DNA of 64,000 bases from Candidatus Latescibacterota bacterium (GCA_965204375.1 OZ241986.1:2336001-2400000), one strand, 5' to 3'. Shown: positions 30,501 through 33,396, counted from the first letter of the stretch. A program made the numbers and translations. Notes: a model not told the origin generated them from the letters alone.

Positions 30501-32736
30501 CCGTCACTGCCTCTCTACTTGCCACACTCAAACCCACTGTGAAACTCAGCGTCCCTGCACCCTCAGCAGCACTCGCATTACCGATGCTCAGCACGGGCAC
30601 TATTGTCTCACTGATGCTCACCACCACACTCTCAGCCATCTCACCACTATAGTCACCTGTGCTACTGACACTGTGCGTAATCCTCACCTGATCATCCACC
30701 ACGGCATCATCGTCCGTAGCCGCGCTCACCGTCACGGTCTGTGCGGTGTTCCAGTTATCTGCTGTGAATGTCAGACTCGTCGGACTTGCCGACACATCCG
30801 TCCCTGTCGGCACGCTCACTCCAACTGTCACAGACGCTGTCGGCTCAGAGTTCAGTTTCACAGTGTATATGCCAGTGTTCCCCTCATCCACCGTCAGGCT
30901 GGTCGGAGCAACCAACACACCAGGCGTCTCATCGTCGGTCACAGTAATCTGAACCGGGTCCGCTGTGGTTACGCTACCATAGCCACTCACAGAATGGGTA
31001 ATCGTGGCACTGCCATTGTCTGCATCGTCATCCTCAACCCCACTCACTGTCACCGTCTGCGCTTCATGCCAATTGTCCACTGTGAACGTCACAGACATTG
31101 GGGACACCGTGACTACGGCTTCATCGCTACTACTCACGCTCACCATCACATCGCTACCAGGCTGGCTGCTCAGCTTCAGCGTGTATGTACCAGTGCTCCC
31201 CTCACCCACTGTCAGGCTGGTCGGAGCAACCAACACACCCGCCATGTCGTCATCCGTAATCATCAGCGATGTTCCATTCACCGTCAGACCTGACGTGCTA
31301 CCACTCACAGAAACCGTCTCATTCCCCTCCGAAACCGAATCATCCATTGGCGTCAGCGTGAACGTTCCTGTCCCACTCGTCTGACCCGCAGGAATCGTCA
31401 CACTGAAGTCATTCACCGCTCCGTAGTCCTCCGGCGAAGTCGCTGTCCCATCACCCACGCTCACCGTCACTGTCGTGCTCCCATTCAGTGTCGTACTTCC
31501 ATCTATCGTCGCTGTCACGGAAACCGTCGTTGCGCCATCACCCTCACCAACCACCGCAGGTGACAAAGACAGACGAACACCCGTTGGCGCTGAGTCATCA
31601 TCTGTGATTGTCCCGGTCGCTTCAAGCGTCGTCGCGCCACCTGAAAGCGTCGCATTCACCGCATCGCTCAGCTTCACCTTGAATGTCTCGTTACCCTCAG
31701 CTATGTTGTCATCACTGATCGTCACACTCACGGTCTTGCTCAACGCATCCCCAGCACTAAACGTCACACGACCATCCGTCACTGCTGTATAGTCCTTGTC
31801 CGCCTCTGCTGTCCCATCCGCTGTCACCCAACTCACCGTCACGGCCTCACTACTCGCTACACTCAAACCCACTGTGAAACTCAGCGTCCCTGCACCCTCA
31901 GAAGCACTCCCATTATCTATGCTCAGCACGGGCACTATTGTCTCACTGATGCTCACCACCACACTCTCAGCCATCTCACCACTATAGTCACCTGTGCTAC
32001 TGACACTGTGCGTAATCGTCACCTGATCATCCACCACGGCATCATCGTCAGCAGCCGCACGCACCGTCACCGTCTGTGCCTCGTTCCAATTATCTGCTGT
32101 GAATGTCAGACTCGTCGGACTTGCCGACACATCTGTCCCTGTCGGCACTGTCACTTCAACTGTCACAGACGCTGTCGGCTCAGAGTTCAGTTTCACAGTG
32201 TATATGCCAGTGTTCCCCTCATCCACCGTCAGGCTGGTCGGAGCAACCAACACATTAGGCGTCTCATCATCAGTGATCGAGATTTCAGTAGCAGCATCTT
32301 CTGTTATTCTGTAAGGCGCGTCGGCTATCCCGGAGAGTTCGAGAACGATAGTTTCCGTGCTCTCGGCGATGTCGTCGCCCACGATGGTGATGTCGAAGGA
32401 AACGGAGGTCTGTTGCGCGGGAAGTTTGAGCGTCGTGGAAGGGAGCGTGTAGTCGGTGTTGGGAGTGGCCGTGCTTTCAGAGCCGATATTGATGGTGGCC
32501 GTACTGGCCGTGATCAGTGCCGGGGTGATGTTTACCGTGAGGCTGAGGGTGGCGTCGCTGTTGGTTTCTGTGACGCTGTAGGTGGCTGCTGCCCAGCTAA
32601 CCACAGGGGTCGTCTGCGCCGCGGCGGGGTTTGCGTCCAGCAGAAGGGCCAGCGCAACCAGCGCCCAGCGCAACGACATAGGATAGGAATCGCCTGTTTG
32701 GGAAGCGCGAGATGGCTTTGAGAAGGCAGCACTCAT
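1..32736 (-). CDS. Giant secreted repetitive surface protein/adhesin (>10,900 aa, 3' end outside window): signal peptide, many Calx-beta/Ig-like modules, 3 LRR domains
   Basis: Manual translation from ATG 32736 (alternative ATG 32679): MSAAFSKP...MSLRWALVALALLLDANPAAA|QTTPVVSW. The same frame reads ...ATEGTDYG at position 1. The ORF track has no closed minus ORF in this frame, which fits no internal stop. Calx-beta-like motifs recur (TADGTA..DY, DD.IAEGNETF.V.L). Confidence 0.93.
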   Translation of the reverse strand, partial: MSAAFSKPSRASQTGDSYPMSLRWALVALALLLDANPAAAQTTPVVSWAAATYSVTETNSDATLSLTVNITPALITASTATINIGSESTATPNTDYTLPSTTLKLPAQQTSVSFDITIVGDDIAESTETIVLELSGIADAPYRITEDAATEISITDDETPNVLVAPTSLTVDEGNTGIYTVKLNSEPTASVTVEVTVPTGTDVSASPTSLTFTADNWNEAQTVTVRAAADDDAVVDDQVTITHSVSSTGDYSGEMAESVVVSISETIVPVLSIDNGSASEGAGTLSFTVGLSVASSEAVTVSWVTADGTAEADKDYTAVTDGRVTFSAGDALSKTVSVTISDDNIAEGNETFKVKLSDAVNATLSGGATTLEATGTITDDDSAPTGVRLSLSPAVVGEGDGATTVSVTATIDGSTTLNGSTTVTVSVGDGTATSPEDYGAVNDFSVTIPAGQTSGTGTFTLTPMDDSVSEGNETVSVSGSTSGLTVNGTSLMITDDDMAGVLVAPTSLTVGEGSTGTYTLKLSSQPGSDVMVSVSSSDEAVVTVSPMSVTFTVDNWHEAQTVTVSGVEDDDADNGSATITHSVSGYGSVTTADPVQITVTDDETPGVLVAPTSLTVDEGNTGIYTVKLNSEPTASVTVGVSVPTGTDVSASPTSLTFTADNWNTAQTVTVSAATDDDAVVDDQVRITHSVSSTGDYSGEMAESVVVSISETIVPVLSIGNASAAEGAGTLSFTVGLSVASREAVTVSWVTADGTAEAGKDYTAVTDGRVTFSAGDALSKTVSVTISDDNIAEGNETFKVRLSNAVNATLSGGETTLEATGTITDDDAAPTGVRLSVSPDMVGEGDGATTVSVTATIDGSTTLVGATTVTVSVGDVGDSATEGTDYGTVSDVTVTIAANSSSGSGTFTISPSDDSVSEENETVSVSGSTSGLTVNGTSLMITDDDMAGVLVAPTSLTVGEGSTGTYTLKLSSQPGGDVTVRASSGAASVATVSPESLTFTPDNWKDAQTVTVAGVQDDDADNGSATISHEVSGYGSVTTADPVAVSVTDDETTGVVVNPTNLTVDEGATQTYTLKLSSQPGGDVTVTVSSGAIDVATISPGSVTFTADNWHEAQTVTVSGVQDDDAENGSATISHEVSGYGSVTTADQVAVSVTDDEALGVLVVPTSLTVDEGNTGIYTVKLNSEPTASVTVEVTVPTGTDVSASPTSLTFTADNWNEAQTVTVRAATDDDAVVDDQVTITHSVSSTGDYSGEMAESVVVSISETTVPVLNIENGSAVEDAGTLTFTVGLSVASREAVTVTWATEDGTAEAGKDYTAVTDGRVTFSAGDALSKTVSVTISDDNIAEGNETFKVRLSNAVNATLSGGATTLEATGTITDDDAAPTGVRLSLSPAVVGEGDGATTVSVTATIDGSTTLNGSTTVTVSVGDGTATSPEDYGAVNDFSVTIPAGQTSGTGTFTLTPMDDSVSEGNETVSVSGSTSGLTVTGIELTITDDDMAGVLVAPTSLTVSEGNTGTYTLKLSSQPDGDVTVTVSSGAISVATVSPMSVTFTADNWHEAQTVTVSGVQDDDAENGSATISHEVSGYGSVTTADQVAVSVTDDETPNVLVAPTSLTVDEGSTQTYTLKLTSEPTASVTVGVSVPTGTDVSASPASLTFTGDNWNTAQTVTVSAATDDDAVVDDQVTITHSVSSTGDYSGEMAESVVVSISETIVPVLSIENGSAVEDAGTLTFTVSLSVASSEAVTVSWVTADGTAEADKDYTAVTDGRVTFSAGDALSKTVSVTISDDNIAEGNETFKVKLSNAVNATLSGGATTLEATGTITDNDTAPTSVRLSLSPAIVGEGDGATTVTVTATIDGSTTLNESTAVTVSVGDGTATSPADYGAVSDVTVTIPAGQQSGTGTFTLTPVDDSFAERDETVTVTGSTPGLLVNIMSLTIKDDDTKRIEAQTASSSVSLTVSPSSVGEGDGATTVTVTTTMNADARTVATTVIVSIGATGDSATEGTDYGAVSDVTVTIAAGQTSGTGTFTITPTNDSSFERNETVSVSGSASGLSVVSSTLTIVDDDASPDRAALIALYDATGGANWSNNTNWKDDSKPINDWYGVTVSQNRVTNLFLSSNNLRGTIPSELGSLSELTYLELNKNNLSGSIPSELGNLSKLTYLNLSNNALSGSIPSELGNLSELRHLGLSNNALSGSIPSELGNLSKLRSLFLSNNELTDPLPRAFTKLDLIINLDINSNAGLCVPTDMEFRDWVGEILTYSGQTCRDVSWDETTYSHTETDNDATLSLTVNIRPALTEASTVNVSAGQSTQTGVNHAISTSDYTVSSTSLVLPANTESTTFDVTIKGDNIYELEEVFILALSAIADAPYTVGSASVTVTIEDDDASPDRAALIALYDATGGANWHRNTNWKDEGKPISDWEGVQVSRDNRVTTIRLSNNNLMGTIPTELGSLSNLTSLDLSNNALSGTIPSELGDLSNLTSLSLHGNALSGSIPSELGSLSKLTSLNLARNALSGTIPTELSDLSNLLSLDLSANELTGPLPRAFTALSLNILRIRGNAGLCVPADTEFRNWVGEIGTYRGQTCRDVSVSWDETTYSHTETDSDATLSLTVNISPALTEASTVNVSAGQSTQTGVNHASSTSDYTVSSTSLMLSANTESTTFDVTIKGDDIYELEEVFILTLSAIADAPYTVGSASVTVTIEDDDASPDRAALIALYDATDGANWHRNTNWKDDSKPISDWEGVKVSQNRVTQLEFFSDNNLMGTIPTELGSLSNLTSLDLARNALSGSIPTELGNLSNLTSLDLSNNALSGSIPTELGNLSNLTSLNLSANTLSGSIPSELGGLSNLTSLHLGTNTLSGSIPSELGNLSKLRRLNLPNNKLSGPLPRTFTALKQLFQMSIWNSGLCVPADMEFQTWAGKIHRFSGTTCSYDVSWDETTYRHTETDSDATLSLTVNINPAQTEASTVTINIGSESTATLDTDYTLPSRSLELSAQQTSVSFDITIKGDDEKEDTETIYLKLSEIPYAPYTVSADSIAVISIIDDDERGLALSPQSVTVTEASGAMHTATYTVALTSQPTAEVTVSVSSEDDAVARVTPTSLTFATDGYNTAQTVTVMGTDDNVDNTSDRTANIVHVASGGDYAMVSGAVTVTVIDEDISAFSVANAEVMEGDAGETELVFTVTLSPPADRETRVDWATSDGTAKARLDYIARISSKNFAAGETEKAVTVSVYGDEIDEDNEAVTVTLSNPTGGATLGTASATGTIIDDDERGLALSPQSVTVTEASGAMNTATYAVALTSKPTAEVTVSVSSEDNAVARVTPTSLTFATDAWNTAQTVTVMGTDDNVDNASDRTANIVHGASGGDYAMVSGAVTVTVIDDEGISAFSVADAEVTEGDAGETELVFTVTLSPPADRETMVEWATSDGTAKAGVDYTAGRGTLTFNPGVSAMDVVVMVTGDTFNEGASETLRLTLSNITGNTNYKRQLATGTINDDDEGPPTVSFTDTSLEVIEGVTERDQSFTIALDFSTGIQLSSAIVKLKAVPSPGKRLATAVTTGSCSDGGVDIVMVEGASVGMGVTSIQFQIVVCDDEVIEPPEYILITIEPGDGYTPHPQDARFMVKITDRSEVVTLSRGTKVTLNETDTDQLRRFPVNADKAWEGDIELSFTRNNTSTATEDDFTLGNCILTDSADSCEITIIGDNLYEETETLHLQMALVNSEVSASISDRNQIEIDIRDDDTASTEVALSVSPSSVGEGDGATTVSVTATLNADARTVATTVTVSVGSGSDSATEGTDYSAVSDVTVTIASGLTSSTGTFTIKPNDDSIAEGDETVSVTGSSSLTVNGTELTITDNDTAPTGVRLSVSPDMVGEGDGATTVTVTATLSGSILPDATTVTVSVGATGDSAVEGTDYGTVSDVTVTITAGQTSGKVTFTISPVNDSVAEGNETVSVGGSATDLTVNGTSLTITDDDMAGVVVDPKTLTVDEGSTNTYTLKLNSQPGGNVTVTVTSGAVSVATVSPATVTFTSSNWSDAQTVTVSGVADDDANNDSATISHQSSSSDSKYSSSLMVASVAVSVTDDETAGVTVDPTSLTINEGASKTYTVKLTSEPTASVTVGVSVPTGTDVSASPTSLTFTADNWSTAQTVTVSVAADADAVADAQVTITHSVSSTGDYNGKTASSVVVSITETTVPVLGIGNASAAEGAGTLTFTVSLSVASSDAVTVSWVTADGTAEAGKDYTAVTDGRVTFSSGDGLSQAISVTISDDTIAEGNETFKVKLSNAVNATLSGGGATLEATGTITDNDTAPMSVRLSLSPAMVGEGDGATTVTVTATIDGSVTLPGATTVTVSVGNVGDSAVEGTDYGAVSDVTVTIAANSSSGSGTFTITPSDDGIAEGEEKVSVNGTASGFTVTGADLKIMDNDAAPTGIGLSLSPSHVTEDGGAQTVSVKAMLNGSALPNATTVTVSIGATNDSAVEGTDYGAVSDVTVTIAAGQTSGEGTFSISPVNDSVAEGDETVSVTGSTEGLTGGTASLTLRDDDTASSSVALSVSPSSVGEDDSATTVTVTASLNADARTVATMVTVSIGATNDSATEGTDYASVNDVTVTISSGKTSGEETFTITPNDDSVAEGNETVSVTGSTEGLTVNGTSLTITDDDMAGVVVDPASLTVNEGSTNTYTLKLSSQPSGNVTVSASSNATDVARVSPATVTFSTTNWRTAQTVTVRGVADDDANNGSATISHSSSSSDSKYSSSLTVDSVTITVNDDETASVVVSPKTLTVDEGSTNTYTLKLSSQPGGNVTVTATSSALAVATVSPGSVTFTSSNWSTAQTVTVSGVSDDDANNESATISHQSTSSDSKYSSSLTVASVAVSVTDDETTGVTVDPTSLTVNEGASKIYTMKLTSKPTASVTVGVSVPTGTDVSASPTSLTFTADNWSTAQTVTVSVAADADAVADAQVTITHSVSSTGDYNGKTASSVVVSITETTVPVLGIGNASAAEGAGTLTFTVSLSVASSDAVTVSWATTDGTAEAGKDYTAVTDGRVTFSSGDALSKTVSVTISDDNIAEGNETFKVTLSNAVNATLSGGGSTLEATGTITDNDTAPMSVRLSLSPAMVSEGDGATTVTVTATISGSVTLPDATTVTVSVGDGSDSATEGTDYGAVSDVAVTIAANSSSGSGTFTITPSDDGIAEGEEKVSVNGSATGLDVTGADLKIMDNDTAPTGIVLSLNPSAVTEDGGAQTVTVKAMLNGSALPGATAVTVSVSDGTATSPADYGAVAAITVTISSGKTSGEGTFSISPVNDSVAEGDETVSVRGSTSGLTVNGTSLTITDDDMAGVEVDPKTLTVDEGSTNTYTLKLSSKPSTNVTVSASSSAISVATVSPATVTFTSSNWSDAQTVTVSGVADDDANNDSATISHQSSSSDSKYSSSLTVASVAVSVTDDETAGVTVDPTSLTINEGSSKTYTVVLDSEPTASVTVGVSVPTGTDVSASPTTVTFTTTNWSTAQTVTVSVATDNDAVVDDKVTIRHSVSSTGDYSGKTASSVVVNITETTVPVLSIGNASAAENAGTMTFTVGLSVSSSKAVTVSWVTVDGTAEAGKDYTAVTDGRVTFSSGDGLSQAISVTISDDTIYEGNETFKVTLSNAVNATLSGGGNTLEATGTITDNDTAPTGIRLSLSPAMVGEGAGATTVTVTATISGSVTLPAATTVTVSIGTTSDSATEGTDYASVNDVTVTIAANSSSSTGTFTITPSDDGIAEGEEKVSVNGTASGFTVTSADLKIMDNDAAPTGIGLSLNPSAVTEDGGAQTVSVKAMLNGSALPGATAVTVSIGATNDSATEGTDYGTVADVTVTIAAGSSSGSGTFTITPSDDSVAEGNETVSVGGSTSGLTVNGTSLTITDDDMAGVVVDPKTLTVGEGNTNTYTLKLSSKPGGNVTVSARSSAISVATVSPATVTFTSSNWSDAQTVTVSGVSDDDANNGSATISHTVSGYGSVTTADQVAVSVTDDETAGVVVNPTSLTVGEGSTKTYTLKLSSKPGGNVTVSARSSATSVATVSPATVTFTSSNWSTAQTVTVSGVADDDADNGSATISHSVSGYGSVTTADEVAVSVTDDDTASTEVALSVSPSSVGEDDSATTVSVTATLNESARTVATTVIVSIGDGSDSATEGTDYGTVSDVTVTISSGQTSGSGTFTISPTDDSVAEGNETVSVGGSATGLTVNGTSLTITDDDMAGVVVDPKTLTVGEGSTNTYTLKLSSQPGGNVTVSARSSAVSVATVSPVTVTFTSSNWSDAQTVTVSGVADDDADNDNTTITHTVSGYGSVTTADQVAVSVTDDDEAGVVVDPTSLTVGEGSSKTYTLKLSSQPGGNVTVSARSGAVSVATVSPTTVTFTSSNWSDAQTVTVSGVQDNDAEDGSTTISHQSTSSDSKYSSSLTVASVAVSVTDDETAGVVVDPTSLTVGEGGTNTYTLKLNSEPGGNVTVSARSSAISVATVSPVTVTFTSSNWSTAQTVTVSGVADDDADNGSATISHTVSGYGSVTTADQVAVSVTDDDMAGVVVDPKTLTVDEGSTNTYTLKLSSKPGGNVTVSARSSAISVATVSPATVTFTSSNWSTAQTVTVSGVADDDADNDSATISHQSTSSDSKYSSSLTVDSVDITVTDDETAGVVVDPKTLTVDEGSTNTYTLKLSSKPGGNVTVSARSSAISVATVSPATVTFTSSNWSDAQTVTVSGVSDDDANNGSATISHSVSGYGSVTTADQVAVSVTDDETAGVVVNPTSLTVGEGSTKTYTLKLSSKPGGNVTVSARSSAISVATVSPATVTFTSSNWSDAQTVTVSGVSDDDANNGSATISHSVSGYGSVTTADQVAVSVTDDETAGVVVNPTSLTVGEGSTKTYTLKLSSKPGGNVTVSARSGAISVATVSPATVTFTSSNWSDAQTVTVSGVQDGDAENGSATISHTVSGYGSVTTADQVAVSVTDDDTASTEVTLSVSPSSVGEDDSATTVSVTATLNESVRTVATTVTVSVGSGSDSATEGTDYGTVSDVTVTISSGQTSGSETFTITPTDDSVAEGNETVSVDGSTSGLTVNGTSLTITDDDMAGVVVDPKTLTVDEGSTNTYTLKLSSKPGGNVTVSARSSAVSVATVSPATVTFTSSNWSTAQTVTVSGVADDDADNGSATISHSVSGYGSVTTADQVAVSVTDDETAGVVVDPKTLTVGEGNTNTYTLKLSSKPGGNVTVSARSSAVSVATVSPATVTFTSSNWSTAQTVTVSGVADDDAENGSATISHTVSGYGSVTTADQVAVSVTDDDTASTEVSLSVSPSSVGEDDSATTVSVTATLNESARTVATTVIVSIGDGSDSATEGTDYGTVSDVTVTIASGNTSGSGTFTISPTDDSVAEGNETVSVGGSATGLTVNGTSLTITDDDMAGVVVDPKTLTVGEGSSKTYTLKLSSQPGGTVTVSARSSAVSVATVSPATVTFTSSNWSTAQTVTVSGVSDDDADNGSATISHTVSGYGSVTTADQVAVSVTDDETAGVVVNPTSLTINEGSSKTYTLKLSSKPGGNVTVSARSSAVSVATVSPATVTFTSSNWSTAQTVTVSGVADDDAENGSATISHTVSGYGSVTTADQVAVSVTDDDTASTEVTLSVSPSSVGEDDSATTVSVTATLNESARTVATTVTVSIGDGSDSATEGTDYGTVSDVTVTIASGQTSGSETFTITPSDDSVAEGNETVSVDGSTSGLTVNGTSLTITDDDMAGVVVDPTSLTVGEGNTKTYTLKLSSKPGGNVTVRARSSAISVATVSPVTVTFTSSNWSTAQTVTVSGIADDDADNGSATISHTVSGYGSVTTADQVAVSVTDDETAGVVVDPKTLTVGEGSTNTYTLKLSSKPGGNVTVSARSSAISVATVSPVTVTFTSSNWSTAQTVTVSGVSDDDAENGSATISHTVSGYGSVTTADEVAVSVTDDDTASTEVALSVSPSSVGEDDSATTVTVTATLNESARTVATTVIVSIGTTSDSAVEGTDYGTVSDVTVTIASGQTSGSGTFTITPTDDSVAEGNETVSVSGSATGLTVNGTELTITDDDMAGVVVAPKTLTVDEGSTNTYTLKLSSKPGGNVTVSARSSATSVATVSPVTVTFTSDNWSTAQTVTVSGVQDDDANNDSATISHQSTSSDSKYSSSLTVDSVDITITDDETAGVVVDPKTLTVDEGSTNTYTLKLSSQPGGNVTVSARSSAVSVATVSPATVTFTSSNWSTAQTVTVSGVSDDDADNGSATISHTVSGYGSVTTADEVAVSVTDDETAGVVVNPTSLTVGEGSSKTYTLKLSSKPGGNVTVSARSSAVSVATVSPVTVTFTSSNWSTAQTVTVSGVADDDAENGSATISHTVSGYGSVTTADQVAVSVTDDDTASTEVTLSVSPSSVGEDDSATMVSVTATLDESARTVTTTVTISIGATNDSATEGTDYGTVSDVTVTIASGNTSGSGTFTITPTDDSFAEGNETVSVGGSTSGLTVNGTSLTITDDDMAGVVVDPKTLTVGEGSTNTYTLKLSSQPGGNVTVSARSSAIGVATVSPATVTFTSSNWSDAQTVTVSGVSDDDANNGSATISHTVSGYGSVTTADQVAVSVTDDETAGVVVDPKTLTVDEGSTNTYTLKLSSQPGGNVTVSARSSAISVATVSPATVTFTSSNWSTAQTVTVSGVADDDADNGSATISHTVSGYGSVTTADQVAVSVTDDDTASTEVTLSVSPSSVGEDDSATTVSVTATLNESVRTVATTVTVSIGDGSDSATEGTDYGTVADVTVTIAAGSSSGSGTFTITPSDDSVAEGNETVSVDGSTSGLTVNGTSLTITDDDMAGVVVDPKTLTVGEGNTNTYTLKLSSKPGGNVTVSARSSAISVATVSPATVTFTSSNWSDAQTVTVSGVSDDDANNGSATISHTVSGYGSVTTADQVAVSVTDDETAGVVVNPTSLTVGEGSTKTYTLKLSSKPGGNVTVSASSGAISVATVSPATVTFTSSNWSDAQTVTVSGVQDDDAENGSATISHTVSGYGSVTTADKVAVSVTDDDTASSSVALSVSPSSVGEGASATTVSVTATLNESVRTVATTVTVSIGDGSDSATEGTDYGTVSDVTVTISSGQTSGSETFTITPSDDSVAEGNETVSVSGSTSGLTVNGTSLTITDDDVAGVVVDPTSLTINEGSTNTYTLKLSSKPGGNVTVSARSSAVSVATVSPATVTFTSSNWSDAQTVTVSGVSDDDANNGSATISHTVSGYGSVTTADQVAVSVTDDETAGVVVDPKTLTVGEGSTNTYTLKLSSKPGGNVTVSARSSAISVATVSPATVTFTSSNWSDAQTVTVSGVSDDDANNGSATISHTVSGYGSVTTADEVAVSVTDDDTASTEVALSVSPSSVGEDDSATTVSVTATLNESARTVATTVMVSVGSGSDSATEGTDYGTVSDVTVTIASGKTSGSGTFTITPTDDSVAEGNETVSVSGSTSGLTVNGTSLTITDDDMAGVVVNPTSLTINEGSSKIYTVKLTSKPTASVTVGVSVPTGTDVSASPTSLTFTADTWNTAQTVTVRAAADADAVVDAQVTVTHSVSSTGDYSGKTASSVMVSITETTVPVLSIGSASAAEGAGTLTFTVSLSVASSEAVTVSWVTADGTAEAGKDYTAVTDGRVTFSSGGGLSQAISVTISDDTIYEGNETFKVTLSNAVNATLSGGGSTLEATGTITDNDTAPTIVLSVDPAMVGEGDSATTVSVTATLSGSILPDATTVTVSVGASGDSATEGTDYGTVSDVTVTIAAGKTSGKGTFTITPTDDSISEGEEQVSVNGSAGTLSVTGASLKIMDNDAAPTGIGLSLNPNSVTENGGSVTVSVTVMLNGSALPGATMVTVSVGSGSDSATEGTDYGTVSDVTVTIASEKTSGSGTFTITPTDDSVAEGNETVSVRGSVSGLTGATSSLTIRDDDTASTEVALSVSPSSVGEDDSATTVTVTATLNADARTVATTVTVSIGDGSDSAVEGTDYGTVSDVTVTIAAGKTSGTGTFTITPTDDSVAEGNETVSVDGSTSGLTVNGTSLTITDDDMAGVVVNPTSLTVGEGNTNTYTLKLSSKPGGNVTVSARSSAVSVATVSPATVTFTSSNWSTAQTVTVSGVADDDAENGSATISHQSASSDSKYSSSLTVDSVDITVTDDDMAGVVVDPKTLTVGEGSTNTYTLKLSSKPGGNVTVRARSSATSVATVSPVTVTFTSSNWSTAQTVTVSGVADDDAENGSATISHTVSGYGSVTTADQVAVSVTDDDTASTEVTLSVSPSSVGEDDSATMVTVTATLNESARTVATTVTVSIGDGSDSATEGTDYGTVSDVTVTIAAGKTSGTGTFTITPSDDSVAEGNETVSVDGSTSGLTVNGTSLTITDDDMAGVVVDPTSLTVGEGNTKTYTLKLSSKPGGNVTVSARSSAISVATVSPVTVTFTSSNWSTAQTVTVSGVSDDDADNGSATISHQSASSDSKYSSSLTVDSVDITVTDDDMAGVVVDPKTLTVGEGSTNTYTLKLSSKPGGNVTVSARSSAVSVATVSPVTVTFTSSNWSTAQTVTVSGVQDGDAENGSATISHTVSGYGSVTTADEVAVSVTDDDTASTEVALSVSPSSVGEDDSATTVTVTATLNESARTVATTVTVSVGSGSDSATEGTDYGTVADVTVTIAAGSSSGSGTFTITPSDDSVAEGNETVSVGGSTSGLTVNGTSLTITDDDVAGVVVDPTSLTINEGSTNTYTLKLSSKPGGNVTVSARSSAVSVATVSPATVTFTSSNWSTAQTVTVSGVADDDAENGSATISHTVSGYGSVTTADQVAVSVTDDDTASTEVTLSVSPSSVGEDDSATTVSVTATLNESVRTVATTVTVSVGSGSDSATEGTDYG
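12004..12669. repeat. Apparently exact tandem duplication, period 318 bp
   Basis: By eye 12004-12351 equals 12322-12669; the + ORF 11869..12921 repeats an identical 106-aa block. Confidence 0.85.
23950..26545 (-). repeat. Three capped plant-type (24-aa/72-bp) leucine-rich-repeat domains inside the giant ORF, about 963-bp period
   Basis: N-cap SPDRAALIALYDAT.GANW...NWKD..KPI.DW.GV; repeats like LTSLxLxxNALSGSIPSELGNLSN; C-cap GLCVP.D.EF..W.......G.TC. Confidence 0.92.
26550..32265 (-). repeat. N-terminal intragenic array with ~1335-bp higher-order unit (about 4 modules)
   Basis: Homologous antisense ORFs at 27146/28481, 27467/28802 and 30461/31796 are each 1335 bp apart; 28802/30461 is 1335+324. 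Confidence 0.85.
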
Positions 32737-33000
32737 TAGGGTTGACTTTTGGGTTATGAAGTAGCAACATTTTGGTACAACCTTAAAAACACACAAACAG
32801 AGATGGTCTATTTGACACCACTCTATTTTGAGTACTCAGAGTGTGTAAAAGTGCCTACTGCTATCGCAGAGCAGATTGGGCAGATTATCTTTTTTATGCC
32901 GCCTTTGTAAAAAGAGACTACAGATGACTTCAGGAGGGATAGCACGAACTATGGATATAGGTAATCTATATTCACTTTTGACACACTCTATATAGCATAC

Positions 33001-33016
33001 AGCAAAAAGTGTGCCA
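33001..33016 (-). promoter_or_regulatory. sigma54 (RpoN) -24/-12 promoter for the giant gene
   Basis: Minus strand reads TGGCAC-ACTTT-TTGCT, an exact TGGCAC-N5-TTGCW match, oriented toward the giant ORF; predicted +1 near 32990. Confidence 0.85.
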
Positions 33017-33092
33017 GTTTATACCAAATGAGCTAATTCCTTGTAGATAAAGGAGTTGGGGCAGATGAGGTATGATTCTCAGATCTTTGAAT

Positions 33093-33246
33093 TGTTACAG
33101 AATGCGACACTACAAATTGCTCAGGAGTGCATATCTACTGAGTTAGGTATGAAACAAATATTTGTTTTATAGAGGATTTATGGAAAAATTAAAGGTGGGA
33201 TATAAGGATTTGTTGCCATTTGAAACAAATGTCGCATTTTACAACA
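33093..33246. promoter_or_regulatory. Three TGT-N11-ACA pseudo-palindromes, candidate upstream activator sequences
   Basis: TGTTACAGAATGCGACA (33093-33109), TGTTGCCATTTGAAACA (33211-33227), TGTCGCATTTTACAACA (33230-33246); about 80-230 bp upstream of the -24 box. Confidence 0.6.
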
Positions 33247-33396
33247 AATATGGCAAATACGACCTCGTTCCAAAAAATTTTTCATTTTTTTGAAGGAAAT
33301 ATTCTATATTATGTCATGTGCGACTTTAAATAGACAGGAGGAGGTTCCTTGGGCATGTTGTAAAATTTCTATAAATTGTTTAAAAACAATATGTTA

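Noticed and set aside
1-32265. Periodic repeats as a CRISPR array or DGR
   Set aside because: Units are 72-351 bp, in-frame and coding, with no unique spacers; no cas or reverse transcriptase gene in the window; no template/variable pair with adenine-specific differences noticed.
690-32721. Many short + strand ORFs (MPSVALS..., MTDRRTAI...)
   Set aside because: Antisense shadows of the repetitive giant minus-strand gene; they recur with its period and lack independent motifs.
32850-32905. ops-like (GGCGGTAG) antitermination element in the leader
   Set aside because: Only partial matches (GGCGGCAT, AGCAGTAG) and no NusG paralog in the window.
33030-33060. IHF site between promoter and enhancer-like sites
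   Set aside because: Position is plausible but there is no good WATCAANNNNTTR match.
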